A stretch of 38,658 nt of DNA from positions 1 to 38,658 of the IMG/VR virus record IMGVR_UViG_3300025673_000007; one strand, 5' to 3'. Made by a program: the position numbers and the translations under genes. Positions 34,222 to 38,658 of the stretch are shown here, one piece after another. Below the pieces are notes generated by a model that saw only the letters and a program-made list of their open reading frames with translations, was not told the DNA's origin and ran no database searches. Each line of letters starts with the position of its first letter. Within the stretch, counting starts at the first letter, position 1. The stretch comes from a virus (Duplodnaviria > Caudoviricetes).

Positions 34222-34713
34222 TTACTTAGCCCAAGGTGCGGCTGAAGTTGTAGCAGCAGTTTGTGGTGCCGCTTGTACTTGTGGAGCTGGTGTAATACCC
34301 CCGCCGAGTGGTCGGTGGTCGTACTTTTTGACGCGGTTTTTATCGCTGTAGCCGTTAGTGCCAATTTCGATGCCGACAAAGGCTTTAAAAGGCTTGTTGT
34401 GAAGAACGGCAGACTCAGTGACCGACTCAACCCCAATTGCTTTGCAGATGCTGCCGAGGTTGCGCTGTGCAATTTCCACAGCAGTAGGATTAGAGTTAAC
34501 AAGGTTTAAGTTGTCCCAGATCTTGCGGCCTTTATACGCTCCGTCAACGATCTGCATCGATAGTTTTAGCATCTGGCCGCCTTTCTGTGTGGTTGCCATC
34601 TCGGTATCGGTGATCATAAGTGTGTAAGTATCTTGTGGTACTGGCTCAAACGATGGTTGATCGTCAAAGAGAGAATCATCTAAGTCGCTGAGATTGAAAT
34701 TTAAACTAGCCAT
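34222..34713 (-). CDS. DUF669 family ssDNA-binding protein
   Basis: FEPVPQDTY, G.YKGRKIWDNLNL, C-terminal APWAK; SD GGAGG. Confidence 0.85.
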   Translation of the reverse strand: MASLNFNLSDLDDSLFDDQPSFEPVPQDTYTLMITDTEMATTQKGGQMLKLSMQIVDGAYKGRKIWDNLNLVNSNPTAVEIAQRNLGSICKAIGVESVTESAVLHNKPFKAFVGIEIGTNGYSDKNRVKKYDHRPLGGGITPAPQVQAAPQTAATTSAAPWAK

Positions 34714-34924
34714 TGTTGGCCTCCTTTGTGTCGTGATTAAAAGTATTAATGACATTACAGACGATCTGAGCGTGTTTATCAGGCACATCACGCGAGTTAC
34801 TTACCCACGCATAGACGGTGCTGATTTTTAAGCCCAATTGGTCCGCTATCTCGCGTCTTAGGAGATTGGAACCAAAGTCTGCTTTGGTTAGTGTTTCGGG
34901 GGTAATCTGATTTGGTTTAGCCAT
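34706..34924 (-). CDS. Small HTH protein
   Basis: RREIADQLGLKISTVYAWVS. Confidence 0.75.
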   Translation of the reverse strand: MAKPNQITPETLTKADFGSNLLRREIADQLGLKISTVYAWVSNSRDVPDKHAQIVCNVINTFNHDTKEANNG

Positions 34925-35684
34925 TTGCGGCCTCCTTTTTTGTTGTGGTTGGAAATAGTTCTGCTGAAAGTGATGCCCATGAGAGCGGAATTTCAGCCGG
35001 TAATACCATGCGGCTTTTTGCCGTGTAAGCTGGATTCGGTGAAGTATGTAAAACCCGCTCGGATGTAGCTATGGCGCGGTTGCGCTTTTGGTTAAAGCCT
35101 TTACCTTCTTCACTGGTGGTGATGACCTTTTGGGTGGCGAAGAATATGCAGTCTGAATATTCTTCTATCAGCGCCGATGCTTTCTTATGCAGTTTTAGAG
35201 CGTAAGAATCATACGGAGGGTTCAGCGGTTCTTCGACTCTAAGAATCTGTGAATGGCATACCATTAAGATCATCATGCCTTTTACATTTCTGAGCGCCGT
35301 AACACCCTCGAAGAACTTCTTCCATAATCCAAGTGCCTCGGCATAGCCCTGGCCCCATTTCATTTTAGAGATATCTTCGACCTTATTATTTTCTGTGACC
35401 TTTTTCCAGATCATTGCTTCCAACCAATCCAATGAATCAATCGCCAGTGTCATGTACTGGTGATCGTCGGTGAAAAGAACTCCGATGGATTCAAGCACCT
35501 CATCGAACGACGTAGGCTGAAATGCTTGGGTTGGCAGTTCGCCTAGTCCTCCCTCCAAATCAATGAAGATGGGGTTCGGGGCTTGTGATGCGAGGGTAGA
35601 TTTGCCGATACCTGGTCCACCGTGAATAACTATTCTGGGTGCCAGTTTTGCCGGTTGTTTAATACTATCTAATGAAATTGCCAT
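34917..35684 (-). CDS. AAA_24 / Sak4-like ATPase
   Basis: IHGGPGIGKST, TLAIDSLDWLE, AKSR; adjacent to SSB and exonuclease. Confidence 0.88.
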   Translation of the reverse strand: MAISLDSIKQPAKLAPRIVIHGGPGIGKSTLASQAPNPIFIDLEGGLGELPTQAFQPTSFDEVLESIGVLFTDDHQYMTLAIDSLDWLEAMIWKKVTENNKVEDISKMKWGQGYAEALGLWKKFFEGVTALRNVKGMMILMVCHSQILRVEEPLNPPYDSYALKLHKKASALIEEYSDCIFFATQKVITTSEEGKGFNQKRNRAIATSERVLHTSPNPAYTAKSRMVLPAEIPLSWASLSAELFPTTTKKEAANG

Positions 35685-35685
35685 A

Positions 35686-36102
35686 TTAATACTCGATATC
35701 TTTTAGGATGACCGCAACTTTTGCGGGTCTAGTTGTAATAGCCTGAGAGACTTGCTTGAATGTTTCGGGTTCGTTATTTTCGAGGTAGCGGACAGCTTTT
35801 AGAATTAAGCTGGGCTTGTACTCGATTGGATGGAGCCCGTCGGGGATGGTATGTTTTATTTCTTCCCATTTCTTAGGATCAAGGGTGCGGGTTAGCTTGC
35901 CGGTGAGCGTTACCCTCATGCCGCAACTTTCAAATGAGCTAGATCCCTCTGCCTTGTCGAAACCAACCAATTCTATTAACTGCTTTTCGGCTTCTATTCG
36001 ACGAAGACGAGCAAGCATCTCTTGTGTCTTTGCGGTCCTGATTTGGTCCGTGACTGCTGCCACCAAATTCTCTAGGTTTATTTCTTCGATTGAAGTAACC
36101 AT
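35686..36102 (-). CDS. Phage hypothetical protein
   Basis: RIEAEKQLIEL...KLTRTLD...AITTRPAK, typical before Sak4-like genes. Confidence 0.75.
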   Translation of the reverse strand: MVTSIEEINLENLVAAVTDQIRTAKTQEMLARLRRIEAEKQLIELVGFDKAEGSSSFESCGMRVTLTGKLTRTLDPKKWEEIKHTIPDGLHPIEYKPSLILKAVRYLENNEPETFKQVSQAITTRPAKVAVILKDIEY

Positions 36103-36245
36103 TATCTAATCTCCGATATGAGTGTTAATAGTAGAAACCCGGCCGCAAGGCAGCCTATAAAGGCGATGCCGGCGAGTGCCGACTCCCACCAACTTTCTTC
36201 TTCACGCACAACAACGCTAGTTGTGCAGTTTTTATAGTCGATCAT
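36102..36245 (-). CDS. 47-aa single-TM microprotein, first gene of the leftward operon
   Basis: MIDYKNCTTSVVVREEESWWESALAGIAFIGCLAAGFLLLTLISEIR; SD GGGGA; TAATG overlap with the next gene. Confidence 0.6.
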   Translation of the reverse strand: MIDYKNCTTSVVVREEESWWESALAGIAFIGCLAAGFLLLTLISEIR

Positions 36246-36280
36246 CTTGTATCCCCACTTGTTTTGTTGGACTCAGGGTA

Positions 36281-36346
36281 ACAATAACCAATGTTTTAAC
36301 TATGGTCAACTACTTTTGTTGTTATTTTTGCGAAAAGAATAGTTAT
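36281..36346 (-). promoter_or_regulatory. PL-like promoter with operators
   Basis: TTGACC-17-TATTGT (36309 to 36281); operator-like ATAACCAATGTTTT (36284) and ACTACTTTTGTTGT (36309). Confidence 0.7.
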
Positions 36347-36394
36347 TAATGGCTATTGCTGTGTGGGGTGGTGCTGAGAGGTGTTAGGGTGTGT

Positions 36395-37048
36395 TCAGAT
36401 GAGCGCCGAGTACCAAAAGACACGACCGAGTATTTTGATGTCATCTAGAGAGTCGTAGGTTTCATCGGGCCATTCTGATGAGTTGAATGATTTTAGACGG
36501 ATTCCTCCCCAGGGCAGAGCGTAAACTATTTTGACGCGCAAGCATCCGTGATGTCCGAGTGCGTAAATGTCACCGTCAATTAAGGTGGTGTTGCCGGTAT
36601 CCACGCCCACGGTAGATCCATTGGGCATTACGGGCTCCATAGAATTGCCGGAAACGGTGACACACGCAGCGTTGCGTACCTGGATACCCATACGGTCGAG
36701 CGTTCGCCTTGAAAATCTGAGCTTGCGGGAATCATTAAACTCAATTTTGCGTCCACCGCTTCCAGCGGCAAGCTCAACTTCACGGAAATAAGATAGCTCT
36801 ACTTCATCATCATCAACAGGGGTGCGGGAATCCCAAGGTGATATTTTGCGAGTTTCACCTCCGTACAATAGCCAGTTAACGTCAACCTTGAGGATCTTCG
36901 CTATTTCTACGATCTTCTTGGATGATTGTGACTTGCCAGCGCAAAGTTTCTGAACAGCCGCTTGGGATAAACCGACCTGCCTGGCTAGGTACGATTGGCT
37001 TATCCCTAGATTGATTAGTTGTTCAGTAACTCTGGAAGCAAGACTCAT
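36395..37048 (-). CDS. cI: CI-like repressor (HTH + S24 peptidase)
   Basis: SQSYLARQVGLSQAAVQKL HTH; AAGSG cleavage site; VSGNSMEP and VK catalytic dyad. Confidence 0.95.
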   Translation of the reverse strand: MSLASRVTEQLINLGISQSYLARQVGLSQAAVQKLCAGKSQSSKKIVEIAKILKVDVNWLLYGGETRKISPWDSRTPVDDDEVELSYFREVELAAGSGGRKIEFNDSRKLRFSRRTLDRMGIQVRNAACVTVSGNSMEPVMPNGSTVGVDTGNTTLIDGDIYALGHHGCLRVKIVYALPWGGIRLKSFNSSEWPDETYDSLDDIKILGRVFWYSALI

Positions 37049-37185
37049 CTATAAAGTATAACCGAAGTTGTAATTATACAAATATTTAAATAAAACCTAA
37101 GTAACTACCAAGGTTTTTACTTTGTTGATTGAATCCACTACTTTTGTTATAGTGAGTTTTACATCAACACTAAAACGGAAAAATC
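37049..37185. promoter_or_regulatory. Divergent cI/cro switch (PR, PRM-like, operators)
   Basis: PR TTGATT-17-TATAGT (37125-37153); operators ATAACCGAAGTTGT (37058), ACTACCAAGGTTTT (37104), ACTACTTTTGTTAT (37137); the 12-mer ACTACTTTTGTT also occurs at PL. Confidence 0.75.
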
Positions 37186-37386
37186 ATGGACCGGGATAAA
37201 TTACTAGAGGCCGTTGAATGGGCCGGTGGCCAGACTCAACTTGCTAAGTTAATAGGAGTCCAGCAGCCGCACGTTTGGAACTGGTTGAACAGGGATCAAA
37301 GGCTACCGCTCGAAAGAGCATTGGCTATAGAACGAGCGACGATGGGGAAGGTGACCGTCGCCAAGTTACGGCCCGATCTGTACTGA
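37186..37386 (+). CDS. cro: Cro/YdaS-like repressor
   Basis: GGQTQLAKLIGVQQPHVWNW...IERATMGKVT...LRPDL. Confidence 0.92.
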   Translation: MDRDKLLEAVEWAGGQTQLAKLIGVQQPHVWNWLNRDQRLPLERALAIERATMGKVTVAKLRPDLY

Positions 37387-37409
37387 TTTATTAGCGCACC
37401 ACCACATTA

Positions 37410-37436
37410 GCCTCGATCCGTCGGGGCATTTTTTTT
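37410..37436 (+). terminator. Intrinsic terminator after cro (tR1-like)
   Basis: GCCTCGA-TCCG-TCGGGGC followed by A and T8. Confidence 0.8.
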
Positions 37437-37447
37437 GGGAATCGAAT

Positions 37448-38658
37448 ATGCCTACATTACCCTGGGAACAACCAACCGTCACAACTTCAACCGCAGAGCC
37501 GATCTCGGTAGTCGGCACACCGCTGCACTATGCGCTGAATTATGCGGATTTAAAGTGGAAGGTGTTCCCAGTGCATTCAGTTAAAGATGGGAGCTGCTCA
37601 TGCAAGGCCGGAAAGCACTGTACGAATAAGGGCAAGCATCCAATAACAGCTCATGGATTCAAAGATGGGTCCATCTATAAAGAGAAGATCAAGCGATGGT
37701 GGACGGATCATCCAGAGGCAAACATAGGAATATGGACCGGTCCCGAATCTGGGATATGGGTACTGGATGTAGATATTGACCATGATAATGGGAAGCTGGG
37801 TGATAACTCACTGGAGGAACTAGAAGATATAAACGAATACCTACCCTCTACGGTTGAGGCAATTACTGGGGGCGGGGGAAGGCATCTGTTCTTTAAATAT
37901 CCATCCAACCAAGTCATTAAATCAGGCACCAACGTGATCGGCGATAACCTTGATGTGAGGGGCGTGGGTGGCTATGTGATAGTCGAGCCATCCAGTCATC
38001 AGAGCGGTGGGAATTATGTCTGGGAGGGCAGCTCAGATCCTCTTGCTGGGGCGAAAGCTGTGGATGCACCCGAATGGTTGATTAATTTAATCATAACGCC
38101 TAAGAACCAGCCTACACAGGCCATACCATCGTCAGGAGGCGGGCTGAAGGCGCTGCTTGAGGCTGAGTTAGATGAGATAGTCGATGCGCTCAGACATATC
38201 GAGAGTGAGGACCGTGATACTTGGCTTCAAGTCGGCATGGCAATCCATTCTATAGACGATGGGGGTAACGGATACGAGTTATGGGGCCGATGGTCCAAGG
38301 CCTCAGAGAAATGGAACGAGCAAGATCAGATCAGGGTATGGAATAGCTTTAAGAACAGCGACAACCAACTCAATAAGGAGAGCATCTTCTTCTGGGCGAA
38401 GGAGTCGGGCTGGATTAATCCGCTGGAAGGCGGGGAAGAAGAGATAGCAGAGAAGGTGCCTGATAAGACGAAGTTGAGTCCAACACTTGGAGAGTTTCCG
38501 GAGATGCTGCTCCGTCCACCAGGCATTATGAATGATATCACAGATTGGGCTGATCTGACCTCACCCAAACCCCAACCTCATTTGGCCATTCAATCGGCAA
38601 TGGCTGCCGTATCGACTGTTTTAGGTCGAAGATTTAAAACCAACTATGGCAACTGGTC
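37448..38658 (+). CDS. Bifunctional primase-polymerase + PriCT-2 + start of a DUF3987-like helicase (3'-truncated; absent from the ORF track)
   Basis: My translation: VFPVH...CSC...C..KGKHP...HGFKD...WW...ANIGIWTG...VLDVD...TGGGGRHLFF...DVRGVGGYVI; then RDTWLQVGMAIH...WSKASEK; then PKPQPHLA...VLGRR; no stop to the window end. Confidence 0.9.
   Translation, partial: MPTLPWEQPTVTTSTAEPISVVGTPLHYALNYADLKWKVFPVHSVKDGSCSCKAGKHCTNKGKHPITAHGFKDGSIYKEKIKRWWTDHPEANIGIWTGPESGIWVLDVDIDHDNGKLGDNSLEELEDINEYLPSTVEAITGGGGRHLFFKYPSNQVIKSGTNVIGDNLDVRGVGGYVIVEPSSHQSGGNYVWEGSSDPLAGAKAVDAPEWLINLIITPKNQPTQAIPSSGGGLKALLEAELDEIVDALRHIESEDRDTWLQVGMAIHSIDDGGNGYELWGRWSKASEKWNEQDQIRVWNSFKNSDNQLNKESIFFWAKESGWINPLEGGEEEIAEKVPDKTKLSPTLGEFPEMLLRPPGIMNDITDWADLTSPKPQPHLAIQSAMAAVSTVLGRRFKTNYGNW

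Noticed and set aside
34221-34502. N-terminal extension of the exonuclease ORF given in the track
   Set aside because: Overlaps the SSB gene in another frame; the GTG at 34220 follows the SSB stop directly.
1-38658. Genome-wide stop-codon reassignment
   Set aside because: Core genes are full length in the standard code, and TAG, TGA and TAA all end genes at tight junctions.

Overview
Near-complete genome of a temperate, short-tailed (podovirus-type) dsDNA phage in its free, non-integrated form: attP is intact at ~28.7-28.9 kb, and the primase gene runs off the right end and appears to resume at the left end. IHF-like sites and sigma70-type promoters suggest a proteobacterial host. Gene order: primase C-terminus, PAPS-reductase-family gene, iteron origin, nuclease, terS, candidate packaging site, a small accessory operon, terL, portal, a variable cargo cassette array, scaffold, major capsid, adaptor/tail/fibre genes, ejection proteins interleaved with small enzymes, lysis, attP/integrase, a leftward recombination/replication operon with an interrupted helicase, a cI/cro switch, and primase-polymerase. 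Three features stand out. (1) Between portal and scaffold, three ~430-480 aa proteins share an N-terminal leader and GLL motifs but have unrelated bodies (ART-like, glycosylase-like, unknown); the array also has a convergent antisense gene and a 31-bp insertion scar, making it a candidate polymorphic virion-delivered effector/immunity system. (2) DDxxD, GNAT-like and cupin genes are coupled to ejection proteins, suggesting post-translational modification. (3) A 28-nt stop-containing hairpin interrupts the helicase. All family assignments are from motif recognition by eye; no database searches were run.
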